The notes under the pieces were generated by a model. It made no database searches, was not told where the DNA came from, and saw only the letters and a list, made by a program, of their open reading frames with translations. Both the position numbers and the translations under genes were made by a program. From an uncultured bacterium (GTDB lineage Bacteria > Bacteroidota > Ignavibacteria > Kapaibacteriales > UBA4661): a stretch of 64,000 bases of DNA. The first letter of the stretch is position 1; the number at the start of each line of letters is the position of its first letter. This document shows, in pieces, positions 48,222 through 57,341 of the stretch. Location: positions 2,339 to 66,338 of the forward strand of contig CALCNX010000034.1 of NCBI GenBank assembly GCA_937899715.1, read 5' to 3'.

Positions 48222-50213
48222 ATGAAAACTCTCGTGTACCTGATTCCCGCATTGCCGCTTGTCGGCTTTGTTCTCTTAGGTTTTTTCGGCGCAAAGCTGA
48301 GTTATTTCGAGAAAGGTAAGACCATCGCCGGGACGCTTGCGAGCGCTATGGTTGGACTGCCGTTTCTTTTTGCTTGTATTTTGTTTGCGCAGATGACTTC
48401 CGGCACATTTCTGCCGCAGACTTTTACGCTCTTTACGTGGATTCATGCAGGCGATTTCTCCATTGACCTTGCGTACAAGGTTGACCAGCTCTCACTGCTT
48501 TTTACGCTGATTGTAACGGGTATCGGTTTTCTGATTCACGTGTATTCAATTGGCTACATGGCGCATGACGAAGGTTTCACGCGCTTTTTTGCTTATTTGA
48601 ATCTGTTCATTTTTATGATGCTCAATCTCGTCCTTGCCGACAACTACGTTGTGACGTTTTTGGGCTGGGAAGGCGTGGGGTTGTCATCGTTCTTACTGAT
48701 TGGCTTTTGGTACGACCGCGAATTTACGGGTACAAACATCGTCTGGACGGGCGATGCAGCAAAGAAGGCGTTTATCGTCAATCGCATCGGTGATTTCGGG
48801 ATGCTTATTGCAATGTTCATTCTCTACGTTCTTTTCGGTTCATTGCGTTTCGATGATGTAAATGCCTCAGCGATTGCTTCATCCATCAAAGGCGTGTTCC
48901 CAAGCGGTTCGGCGTACAGCACAGGCTTGATTACCGCCGTTGCGCTGTTGCTTTTCTTGGGTTGCACGGGCAAATCTGCACAAGCGCCACTTTTCGTCTG
49001 GTTGCCGGACGCTATGGCGGGTCCAACGCCTGTTTCGGCGCTTATCCACGCCGCGACGATGGTTACGTCGGGCATTTTCCTCATTGCCCGCACAGCACCA
49101 ATTTTCGCGCTCTCGCATGATGCCATGAATGTTGTGGCTATTGTCGGTGTCGTAACGGCGTTGCTTGCTGCCACGATGGGCTTAGTGCAAAATGATATTA
49201 AAAAAGTGCTCGCGTACTCGACCGTAAGCCAGCTTGGGTTTATGTTTGCCGCGCTTGGCGTTGGAGCATATACGGCGGCTGTTTTCCACGTGATGACACA
49301 CGCTTTCTTCAAAGCCTGCTTGTTCCTTGGCTCCGGCTCAGTCATTCATGGAATGCACGAAGAGCAAGACATTCAGAAAATGGGCGGTTTGTCGAAATAT
49401 ATGCCTATCACGCACCGCACATTTTTGATTGCTTCGATTGCCATTGCCGGAATTTTCCCGTTTGCGGGCTTTTTCTCCAAAGATGAAATTTTGTGGAATG
49501 TCTTTGAGCACGGCTCGCCCGTAATGTGGTTAGCGCTGGCTGTGGCAGCGTTCTGCACGGCATTCTATATGTTCCGCCTTGTCCATCTCACCTTTAGCGG
49601 CGAAGAGCGCTTTGATGCCCACCATGTTCATCCGCACGAGTCGCCTGCTACGATGACCGTGCCGCTTATTATTTTAGCGGTGTTGTCGGTCGTGGGTGGT
49701 TTTCTGGGTGTGCCTCATGCGCTTGGAGCGCCCATGCACGTCGGGAATTGGATTGAGCATTGGTTAGCACCTGTGCTGGAGCCTGCGCACAAAGTCTTAG
49801 CGCGAGGCGAAGGGGGTGAAATTTATGCTATTGAATATGTTCTCATGGCGGTATCGCTCGGCATTGCTATTGTTGGTATTTTGCTGGCTGGTGCTTGGTA
49901 TCGCAAGGCATCGGGAGCACCGGATTCATTTGCAAACCGCATGAAAGGCTTGTACAATCTCGTCTGGAACAAATACTTTATTGACGAAGTCTATTACGGC
50001 TTGATTGTCAATCCACTCCACAAAGTCGCCGATGTAGTCTTCTGGAAAGGTGCGGAAACCTACGGCATAGATAATGTGGTCAACCGTTCTGGTTCAGTCG
50101 TAACGGCGCTTTCGGAGCTGTTTCGCCGTATGCAATCGGGCATTGTGCAGAATTACGCCTTGCTGCTGGTTGTGGGAATTGTGGCTGTTATGGCATGGCT
50201 CTTGCTAGCGTAA
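48222..50213 (+). CDS. nuoL: NADH-quinone oxidoreductase subunit L
   Basis: LIPALPLVGFVLLGFFG N-terminus. The antiporter-like core WEGVGLSSFLLIGFW is present. C-terminal HESPATMTVPLIILAVLSVVGG and a NuoL-sized extension, 663 aa. Confidence 0.88.
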   Translation: MKTLVYLIPALPLVGFVLLGFFGAKLSYFEKGKTIAGTLASAMVGLPFLFACILFAQMTSGTFLPQTFTLFTWIHAGDFSIDLAYKVDQLSLLFTLIVTGIGFLIHVYSIGYMAHDEGFTRFFAYLNLFIFMMLNLVLADNYVVTFLGWEGVGLSSFLLIGFWYDREFTGTNIVWTGDAAKKAFIVNRIGDFGMLIAMFILYVLFGSLRFDDVNASAIASSIKGVFPSGSAYSTGLITAVALLLFLGCTGKSAQAPLFVWLPDAMAGPTPVSALIHAATMVTSGIFLIARTAPIFALSHDAMNVVAIVGVVTALLAATMGLVQNDIKKVLAYSTVSQLGFMFAALGVGAYTAAVFHVMTHAFFKACLFLGSGSVIHGMHEEQDIQKMGGLSKYMPITHRTFLIASIAIAGIFPFAGFFSKDEILWNVFEHGSPVMWLALAVAAFCTAFYMFRLVHLTFSGEERFDAHHVHPHESPATMTVPLIILAVLSVVGGFLGVPHALGAPMHVGNWIEHWLAPVLEPAHKVLARGEGGEIYAIEYVLMAVSLGIAIVGILLAGAWYRKASGAPDSFANRMKGLYNLVWNKYFIDEVYYGLIVNPLHKVADVVFWKGAETYGIDNVVNRSGSVVTALSELFRRMQSGIVQNYALLLVVGIVAVMAWLLLA

Positions 50214-50241
50214 ATGCTTGTTCACCAAAAGATTGTAGATT

Positions 50242-50736
50242 ATGGAAGAACTACATGAACTCCGCGAATACGTCCTTGCCGGACGAACTGATGAAGCTCT
50301 TCACCTTATTGACGAACTTGATGCTATGAGCAGACATTCGACTATCACCAATCTTACGTCGTTCTTGGTGGTAGCATTGACGCATTTGGTGAAAATGGAT
50401 GTAGAAAAGCGATTGACACGCTCATGGCAAAATTCCATCCGCAATGCGCTTTTGGAGATAAAAGATCGTAACCTGATGGGTAATAAATCATCGTACTACG
50501 TGAATAAAGATGATTGGGATGAATACATAGATAGTGCATTTGTCAAAGCTATCTCTAATGCCAGTGCAGAAGCATTTGCTGGTAAGTACAAGGCAACCGA
50601 ACTGAAATTGCTCATTAACCGCGAGCGAATTACGCGTCTCACGCACGGACTCCTCGCGCTCTGTTATACGCTCTCACTAGAAGAACTCGCAAGTGCGGTT
50701 GATGAGTATTTGGAGCAAGAGCAGCGATTGGAATAA
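50242..50736 (+). CDS. DUF29-like helical protein
   Basis: LIDELDAMSRHS...LTHLVKM...RSWQNSIRNALLEI follows the DUF29 pattern as I recall it (EEIESLGRSE...HLLKW...SW...I...R..I). Confidence 0.5.
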   Translation: MEELHELREYVLAGRTDEALHLIDELDAMSRHSTITNLTSFLVVALTHLVKMDVEKRLTRSWQNSIRNALLEIKDRNLMGNKSSYYVNKDDWDEYIDSAFVKAISNASAEAFAGKYKATELKLLINRERITRLTHGLLALCYTLSLEELASAVDEYLEQEQRLE

Positions 50737-50888
50737 TAGAGCATTGTCGTTTGGTGATGTGCTCCGTACCTTATATGTAAACTTGATTGTCATTATGGTT
50801 GATTTTTGAACAAAAAGCAGGAATATTGTTTACCGCAGAGGGAACATATTCCTGCTTTTTCATATTTCTTACTGATTCCAAAAACCGC

Positions 50889-52121
50889 ATGAACACTCGC
50901 ATTCTCACTACGCTCACGTTTTGCGCCATTTTACTGTTGACCAATCGTTGGCTCTCGTATCAAGAGGGTATTGATATTTTGAAGGCTGCCGATACCAATA
51001 GTTATATGACGATAGCTCAGGCTGCACCTGCCTTGCCCGTACTTGCACCAGAAGCATTGCTGCCCACGAATCACACGGCGCGATTTACCGTGCCGTACAT
51101 AGCGGGAACGATTGCCCATTTTACGGGCATAAGCCATGAAATGTTGTTTCTTTTGGCAACGCTGTTTTTTTGTGGTTTGGTCGTTTGGTCGTGTCATCAG
51201 ATGTTGGAAGAACTTACTTGCACCGATGCGCAGTATGCGCTGGCAATGGCACTGCTTATTTTTAATCCATATATGTTTCGCTATTACCTCGCCGTTCCCG
51301 CGATGGTGAATGACGTGGTGTTTGTGGCAGGGTTGGCACTGACGCTTCTGGGTTTAGTGCGCGGTGGCTTTGGCATGGTGCTTGCAGGCTGCTTGATAGC
51401 TATTGCCGGGCGGCAAAATGCTCTGGTTTTCTTGCCGGCGCTGGGGCTGTGGATGGTGTTGGGTGAGAAATGGCGTATGGGCGGCTGGATGCAGGCATTG
51501 ATGCGCTTCGGTGTGGTGGCGGCAAGTGTGGTGGCGGTGTATGTCGTGATTGGTCGTGTTATTGCGCCCTTCAGCGTTCGCGGTATGGAAGGCGATGCGC
51601 TCACTGGTTTTATGCGCTGGGCATTTGCACCGTCCGTGGGCAAGTCGAAAGTTCTTGCAGAATATGTGTTGCGGACGGTCATTTGTCTCCTTTTCCCCAT
51701 AATGATACTCTTTGCGGCAGCCGTCGTGCGGCGTTTGCGCGGTGTGAAGATAACCGATTTTTTTGCTTGGATGCCCCGTGAGTTTTGGCTTTCAATGCTA
51801 TTTGTGGCTGCTTTATACGGTTTTGCATTTTTGGGCGGACCGGAATTATTTATGAGCGGCGTTACGCGCTATGTCTCCCATGCGCTTCCGGCAATGGTGC
51901 TTGCGTTTGCCTTTGCGATGAAGCGCTACAATCTTTTTGCCGACGTAGAAGCCTTACCGATGCTTGCGTTAGGTACTCTTTGCGCTATGGGGTCATTCCA
52001 TCATATGACCACCTTCGGCGGCACAACTTCCGATAAAGCAATGTATTTTGCGGTGATGTACTGTATTCTTGCTATTTTTGCAGGAGTGATAGCGTTTGTG
52101 GCATTAAGGAAAAAATCTTAA
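50889..52121 (+). CDS. polytopic membrane protein (possible GT-C-type glycosyltransferase)
   Basis: Start at ATG 50889. About 10-11 hydrophobic helices. No catalytic motif recognised with confidence. Confidence 0.6.
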   Translation: MNTRILTTLTFCAILLLTNRWLSYQEGIDILKAADTNSYMTIAQAAPALPVLAPEALLPTNHTARFTVPYIAGTIAHFTGISHEMLFLLATLFFCGLVVWSCHQMLEELTCTDAQYALAMALLIFNPYMFRYYLAVPAMVNDVVFVAGLALTLLGLVRGGFGMVLAGCLIAIAGRQNALVFLPALGLWMVLGEKWRMGGWMQALMRFGVVAASVVAVYVVIGRVIAPFSVRGMEGDALTGFMRWAFAPSVGKSKVLAEYVLRTVICLLFPIMILFAAAVVRRLRGVKITDFFAWMPREFWLSMLFVAALYGFAFLGGPELFMSGVTRYVSHALPAMVLAFAFAMKRYNLFADVEALPMLALGTLCAMGSFHHMTTFGGTTSDKAMYFAVMYCILAIFAGVIAFVALRKKS

Positions 52122-52179
52122 TCTCCCCACTCGTTACTCAGCATTAAGCACTCAAAAAACTCAACATTTCTTTCAAAGC

Positions 52180-53352
52180 GTGGCTCAACACAATAGCACA
52201 ACAACATCCCGCAAGCCTTACAAACACTCGATTTCCTTCGTGATTCCGTGTTTGAATGAAGAAAAGGTTCTGCCTTATGTTCTTACAAAAATTAAACATC
52301 TCAAAGATAATGTTCTCACCGACCGCCGTGTGGAAATTATCGTTTCCGACAATGGTTCGACCGATCGCTCGGTGGAAATTGCCGAATCCTTTGGCGCTCG
52401 TGTCATCCACTGTCCTACTCGTGGCTATGGTGCTGCACTTCAGTGTGGCATTCACGGCGCAGAGTGTGAAGCGGTGATTTTTGCTGATGCTGACGATACC
52501 TACGACTTTTTGGAAGCACCCGCGCTTCTCTACAAACTCGACGAAGGCTACGATATTGTGCTGGGTTCGCGTTTGCAAGGCACAGTTCACGCTGGAGCAA
52601 TGCCCTTTCTGCACCGTTACGTTGGTACGCCTGTACTGACGTGGATTATCAACACGCTTTATGCGAAGGGCGACTACCGCCTGACGGATTGTAATTCCGG
52701 CTTTCGCTGTTTCCGCAAAGACGCTTTTATTGAGTGGGGCGTGAAGAGTTCGGGTATGGAATTTGCATCGGAAATGATTGTGAAGGTGATGAAATCCGGC
52801 GCAGATATTACCGAGGTTCCTGCATCGCTTTCGCCCGACAAACCCGGACGGCATCCGCATTTGCGTACGTGGCGCGACGGTATGCGGCATCTACTCCAAA
52901 TCGTACTGGAATCGCCCGAACTTTTCAACACCATCGGAAGTGCGTTATGGCTTGCTTCGTGGGCGGTGCTTCTGCTTGGGTTGGCGACTGGTCCCGTGAG
53001 TGTCGGTATGTTCTCGGTGCTCGGCATCCATACAATGATGTTCGCGCTTTTGGGTAGTATTTTCGGGCTGGCGATTTGGGCGGTCGGTTTGTTTATTTCG
53101 GCAAAGCATCCGTCGTCAGTGCGGCTCTATACCATACTCAATGGCTGGCAGGAAGACCGCCTTTTTTGGTTTTCGTTTTGGTTCGGAGCGCTCAGTGTGG
53201 CGTTTTTGCTGGCGATTGTCGTGCGCTGGGGCATGGGCGGTTTTGCAAATCTTTCGCTTGAGCGCGAAACCCTCGCCGTGATTGCTTTCGGTGCAAACGG
53301 TGTTTTACTTGTCGCAAATGTGCTGACGGCGCATCTTATCAAGCGCTTGTGA
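52180..53352 (+). CDS. family 2 glycosyltransferase with C-terminal transmembrane helices (polyprenol-phosphate sugar synthase-like)
   Basis: ISFVIPCLNEE...VSDNGSTDRS...FADADDTYD (DxD) GT-A motifs. Four hydrophobic helices in the last ~130 aa, as in GtrB/ArnC-type enzymes. GTG start. Confidence 0.8.
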   Translation: MAQHNSTTTSRKPYKHSISFVIPCLNEEKVLPYVLTKIKHLKDNVLTDRRVEIIVSDNGSTDRSVEIAESFGARVIHCPTRGYGAALQCGIHGAECEAVIFADADDTYDFLEAPALLYKLDEGYDIVLGSRLQGTVHAGAMPFLHRYVGTPVLTWIINTLYAKGDYRLTDCNSGFRCFRKDAFIEWGVKSSGMEFASEMIVKVMKSGADITEVPASLSPDKPGRHPHLRTWRDGMRHLLQIVLESPELFNTIGSALWLASWAVLLLGLATGPVSVGMFSVLGIHTMMFALLGSIFGLAIWAVGLFISAKHPSSVRLYTILNGWQEDRLFWFSFWFGALSVAFLLAIVVRWGMGGFANLSLERETLAVIAFGANGVLLVANVLTAHLIKRL

Positions 53353-53362
53353 GGTTTTCGTT

Positions 53363-53776
53363 ATGAGTGTTTCGCCCGATATTCGCTGGAAACAACGGTT
53401 TCAAAACTTTGAAAAAGCATTTTTGTTCTTGCAGGAAGGGCTAAGGATTCAGCAGCCAAGCGCTCTTGAGGAAGCCGGCATCGTACAGGCATTCGAGTTT
53501 ACGTTTGAACTTGCGTGGAAAACGCTGAAAGATTATCTGCTTGCAAACGGCGTGGATGCAAAATTTCCTCGTGATGTTGTGAAAGAAGCCTTTCAATACG
53601 GCGTACTTGCTGACGGTGCATTATGGCTGGCTATGCTTGATAAGCGCAATCAATTAGCACACATCTACAACGAAACAAATGCCCAAGCCGCAATGTACCT
53701 CATTCGCAAACAATTCGCTCCTGAACTGGAAACACTCTACATAACGTTGCACAACATATACAACCAAGCACCGTGA
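53363..53776 (+). CDS. HEPN-domain protein, HI0074 family (nucleotidyltransferase substrate-binding protein; toxin-type)
   Basis: RWKQRFQNFEKAF...IVQAFEFTFELAWKTLKDYL and the Rx4H motif RNQLAH. Confidence 0.85.
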   Translation: MSVSPDIRWKQRFQNFEKAFLFLQEGLRIQQPSALEEAGIVQAFEFTFELAWKTLKDYLLANGVDAKFPRDVVKEAFQYGVLADGALWLAMLDKRNQLAHIYNETNAQAAMYLIRKQFAPELETLYITLHNIYNQAP

Positions 53777-54132
53777 ACCAAACAATAACCGTACCCGTTG
53801 TCACGCCTGAAACCTCAGGTTTGACCGCAGAAACGCTGATGGTTATACGCAAAGTGCTCGCCTCATTTGGCACGGTAGAATCTGCCTTGCTTTTTGGCAG
53901 CCGTGCTAAAGGTACATTCCATGCGGGCAGCGATGTGGATATTGCCCTCGTTGGCGCTGATACGCTTTTGGCAATGGACGTGAGTGCGCACTTGAATGAA
54001 CGAGTACCACTGCCGTATTTCTTTGACGTTGTTGCCCTTGCCGATGTAGCACATACAACGCTTGGTGAGCATATTGAGCGTGTCGGAATGCTGCTTTTTG
54101 ACCGAAACAATTACCAATCAATTTTATCCTAA
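53773..54132 (+). CDS. minimal nucleotidyltransferase (MNT; antitoxin-type)
   Basis: GTGA overlap with the HEPN gene. LLFGSRAKGTFHAGSDVDIAL (GS...DxD) motif. Confidence 0.8.
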   Translation: MNQTITVPVVTPETSGLTAETLMVIRKVLASFGTVESALLFGSRAKGTFHAGSDVDIALVGADTLLAMDVSAHLNERVPLPYFFDVVALADVAHTTLGEHIERVGMLLFDRNNYQSILS

Positions 54133-54144
54133 GCCCCAAACACA

Positions 54145-55131
54145 ATGACAGACATCCGTGAACTCAACGAGCGCATCCAGCGTGAAAGCGCCTTCATTGA
54201 ATTGCTGGTCAATGAAATTAGCAAAAGTATTGTCGGACAAAAATATATGATTGAGCGCTTGCTCATTGCCCTGCTTTCCGACGGACATATTTTGCTGGAA
54301 GGCGTTCCGGGACTGGCAAAAACACTCGCCATTAAAACCCTTGCTTCCGCTATTGATGCGCGTTTCAGCCGTATTCAGTTTACGCCCGATTTGCTTCCGG
54401 CGGATGTAATTGGCACAACGATTTACAACCCCGCCACAACGGAATTTACCGTGCGGCAGGGACCCATTTTTGCCAATTTCATTCTTGCCGACGAAATTAA
54501 CCGTGCTCCGGCAAAGGTGCAAAGCGCTCTTCTGGAAGCAATGCAGGAGCGCCAAGTAACCATCGGCGAAAGCACCTTCAAATTGGAAGAGCCATTCTTG
54601 GTGCTGGCAACGCAAAATCCCATTGAGCAAGAAGGCACGTACCCGCTTCCTGAAGCGCAGGTTGACCGCTTTATGCTGAAAGCGCTTATCACCTATCCTT
54701 CGCGCGAGGACGAGCGGATGATTATGCGGCAGAATCTCTCGAATGAAAAAGTCAAAATTAATCCTGTTGTCTCGCCCCAAAGCATCCTGAAAGCACGCGC
54801 TGTGGTGCGCGAAGTCTATATGGACGAGAAAATTGAGCAGTATATTCTGGATATTGTCGCGGCTACGCGCAATCCGCAGCAGTACAAACTCGGCAAACTG
54901 GCGAATCTTATCAGTTACGGCGGTTCCCCTCGTGCGACGATAGCACTGGCGGCAGCCTCGAAAGCATTTGCCTTCATCAAGCATCGGGGCTATGTGATTC
55001 CTGAGGATGTGCGGGCTATTTGCCACGACGTGCTCCGGCACCGCGTGGGACTAACCTACGAAGCCGAGGCAGAAAATATGCGCTCCGAAGATATAATTAA
55101 CGAACTCTTGAACGCAGTAGAGGTTCCTTGA
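54145..55131 (+). CDS. MoxR-family AAA+ ATPase
   Basis: IVGQKYMIERLLIALLSDGHILLEGVPGLAKT (Walker A), LADEINRA (Walker B), 328 aa. Confidence 0.9.
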   Translation: MTDIRELNERIQRESAFIELLVNEISKSIVGQKYMIERLLIALLSDGHILLEGVPGLAKTLAIKTLASAIDARFSRIQFTPDLLPADVIGTTIYNPATTEFTVRQGPIFANFILADEINRAPAKVQSALLEAMQERQVTIGESTFKLEEPFLVLATQNPIEQEGTYPLPEAQVDRFMLKALITYPSREDERMIMRQNLSNEKVKINPVVSPQSILKARAVVREVYMDEKIEQYILDIVAATRNPQQYKLGKLANLISYGGSPRATIALAAASKAFAFIKHRGYVIPEDVRAICHDVLRHRVGLTYEAEAENMRSEDIINELLNAVEVP

Positions 55132-57296
55132 TGCCTGAAACAATGAGTGATAGTGCTATGATGAGCAGTGGCAGTGTTGCAAAGTGCATCCTTGCTTTGC
55201 TGATATTGTGTGCTGGTGTCGTCGGGTGTGATTTTCCTGCATCGCCCCTGCCCGTAGGCTTGCAGGATTTTCAGACAACAAAAGTGCGATATGTGAATTT
55301 GACGAATGAGCCTCCGGATTCTACAAATAAACATATTTTGCAGGCTCGATTCTCTTTGTATTCGGCTTCTTCAAGAACGACAAGTGATTCTATTGCGAGC
55401 ACGAAGCCCGTTATAAGTCTCGGCGTTTCAGATTTTTTTACTCCGTTGGCAGATACAGGTCGTGTTTTTGTGTCCGTTACATCGGGATTGAGCGTTAATA
55501 GACCTTCACTATCTCTGACCCAAACATTCAAGGCACGAAACGCCACGTACACTATTGTTGGCTTGCCACCACGCGCCGGGAGCATGGACGTTCTTGATTC
55601 GCTGCTTGTTATTACGTCCTTGCCGCCGGATAACTCGACGAACTCAGCAAATATCCGCTTTATCAATTGCGTCAATGATACTACAAAAGTATATTCCTTC
55701 ACTTTGGGGTGTCCGAGTGGAACACCTGTGGGGAATAACCTTACATACCGTGCCAGTAGTGGTGTATTACCGATAGCACTTAATGGGGGTAATATAAGTA
55801 TTGCCCTCACAGAGCAAATAAACCCTACACTCCTGAATAATTATACATCTAAGAAAAATCCTTTTTCAACTTCCTCAACGATAACAACACCAATAGTACC
55901 CCCTGTACAGAAGGGACTGTTTAACATCAGTCCCATTTCAATAAATGGCAGCTATACTATTTTGCTCTATAAAGATGCAAAAGACACGCTACGGTTGCTT
56001 GCGATGAATGACCGCACTTCCGATAAAATCAACGTCATGACCGCGAAACAGCCATCCACATCTGTTCGTGTCGTGAATTTTTCCGGTGCTGCATTGGGCA
56101 ATGTGACTTACGGAGTGAAAAGCATAGCCTCCGAACTTGGAAACAACGGTATTTCGGGCTATGAATCCTTATCAGCCTGTGCGTCCGTCGGGAGCGATAC
56201 GCTGTTTATTCAGCGAACAAACGGCATACGACAACAGGCTCTTTCCACATCGCTGGACGTAAACGGCTCTCAAACAGTGTTTTTGAGCGATAGCCTCGCG
56301 GTGGCTGCCCCCGCACTGACGGTACAGCCGCCTACGGGAAGTATTTGGCTTCGGGTGGTGAATCTCACATACGTTCCCTCCATTGAAACATCCTCAAGTG
56401 TCAGCGTCCTTCGCGGAGCCGTTAATCAACTCCGTCCGCAAACTATTGTTGGTAATCTTAAGAGCGGTCAGATTTCTGCTCCTGTTACCGTATCACGTGA
56501 AAGTTATTTGCCGCTTCTTGTCTTCAATAATCGGCAGCCGCAAAGCCTTGAGCAGTTTGGTGTTGTCGGTACAATGGACATGACGTCATCGGCGTACTTT
56601 TTAGTTGTTACCAAGAAACAAATGTTTCTTATTCCTGATGTGACGGTAGCGAGCGCACCTCCTCCGAACGATAACCTCAAGCCTCTCCCGCAAGGTACGC
56701 TTATTCAAGCGGTACAGGTTTTTGCCGATGCCACGACGGGCACAGCACAAATGAGGCTGGGCGCAGTCTTTAGTGATGCCGTTGGCTATGGCGCAACACA
56801 AATAACCGTGTTGCCGAGCGGTATGCAGAGCATTACGATTGGTAGTGAGACACAAAATATTCCTACAACTGAAGGCGGTCGTTGGACTATTATCGGTATG
56901 GACTCTGTCAGAAAGAGTAGGATAGAGAAAACAAGAGGCTTGTGGGCAACACCTGACAAAGGATTATACCCAACTCTCATCACCATACCGGGTAGTGTCG
57001 TTCCACAAGGGGCTTTTCGTTATTTTAATGCAACAGGAGACGTTAATGCACTTCGTGTTGGGGCAGATACACAAGAGGCTTTTTTCCTTAGAACGTCGTT
57101 GAGCCGAGGGGAATTTGTATCTCCTCTAAGAGTTTTATACCATGACCAAACGCGAACTTTGAGTTTTCTTAATGATACAGACGAAACGCTTTTTGTTGCG
57201 CGTAATTTGGCTTTTTCCGTCGGTAGAGGCTACACCATTATTTTTGCCGGACAGAAGGACAAGGCATACAGCGTCGTTGTGATGCCGGAGTATTGA
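55131..57296 (+). CDS. DUF4397-repeat lipoprotein
   Basis: ATG overlaps the MoxR stop (TGATG). Lipobox VVGC. Recurrent (V/I/L)R(Y/F/V)(V/I)N motifs: VRYVNL, IRFINC, VRVVNF, LRVVNL, FRYFNA. Confidence 0.55.
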   Translation: MPETMSDSAMMSSGSVAKCILALLILCAGVVGCDFPASPLPVGLQDFQTTKVRYVNLTNEPPDSTNKHILQARFSLYSASSRTTSDSIASTKPVISLGVSDFFTPLADTGRVFVSVTSGLSVNRPSLSLTQTFKARNATYTIVGLPPRAGSMDVLDSLLVITSLPPDNSTNSANIRFINCVNDTTKVYSFTLGCPSGTPVGNNLTYRASSGVLPIALNGGNISIALTEQINPTLLNNYTSKKNPFSTSSTITTPIVPPVQKGLFNISPISINGSYTILLYKDAKDTLRLLAMNDRTSDKINVMTAKQPSTSVRVVNFSGAALGNVTYGVKSIASELGNNGISGYESLSACASVGSDTLFIQRTNGIRQQALSTSLDVNGSQTVFLSDSLAVAAPALTVQPPTGSIWLRVVNLTYVPSIETSSSVSVLRGAVNQLRPQTIVGNLKSGQISAPVTVSRESYLPLLVFNNRQPQSLEQFGVVGTMDMTSSAYFLVVTKKQMFLIPDVTVASAPPPNDNLKPLPQGTLIQAVQVFADATTGTAQMRLGAVFSDAVGYGATQITVLPSGMQSITIGSETQNIPTTEGGRWTIIGMDSVRKSRIEKTRGLWATPDKGLYPTLITIPGSVVPQGAFRYFNATGDVNALRVGADTQEAFFLRTSLSRGEFVSPLRVLYHDQTRTLSFLNDTDETLFVARNLAFSVGRGYTIIFAGQKDKAYSVVVMPEY

Positions 57297-57341
57297 CGAA
57301 TTTAGCAAGCGACCAATTTTCACGTTTCACATTTTTCGATT

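Noticed and set aside
48222-50213. NuoL-like gene as a DabB (CO2 uptake) or Mrp antiporter subunit
   Set aside because: No DabA (DUF2309) or mrpB-G genes are adjacent. The N-terminus, the HESP motif and the length fit NuoL proper.
54124-55041. 305-aa minus-strand ORF opposite MoxR
   Set aside because: The plus-strand frame carries unambiguous Walker A/B AAA+ motifs, and the antisense product has no recognisable features. Similar long antisense ORFs at 37228-38070, 30472-31239, 26858-27634, 32927-33466, 34913-35476, 52144-52890 and 13964-14491 were rejected for the same reason.
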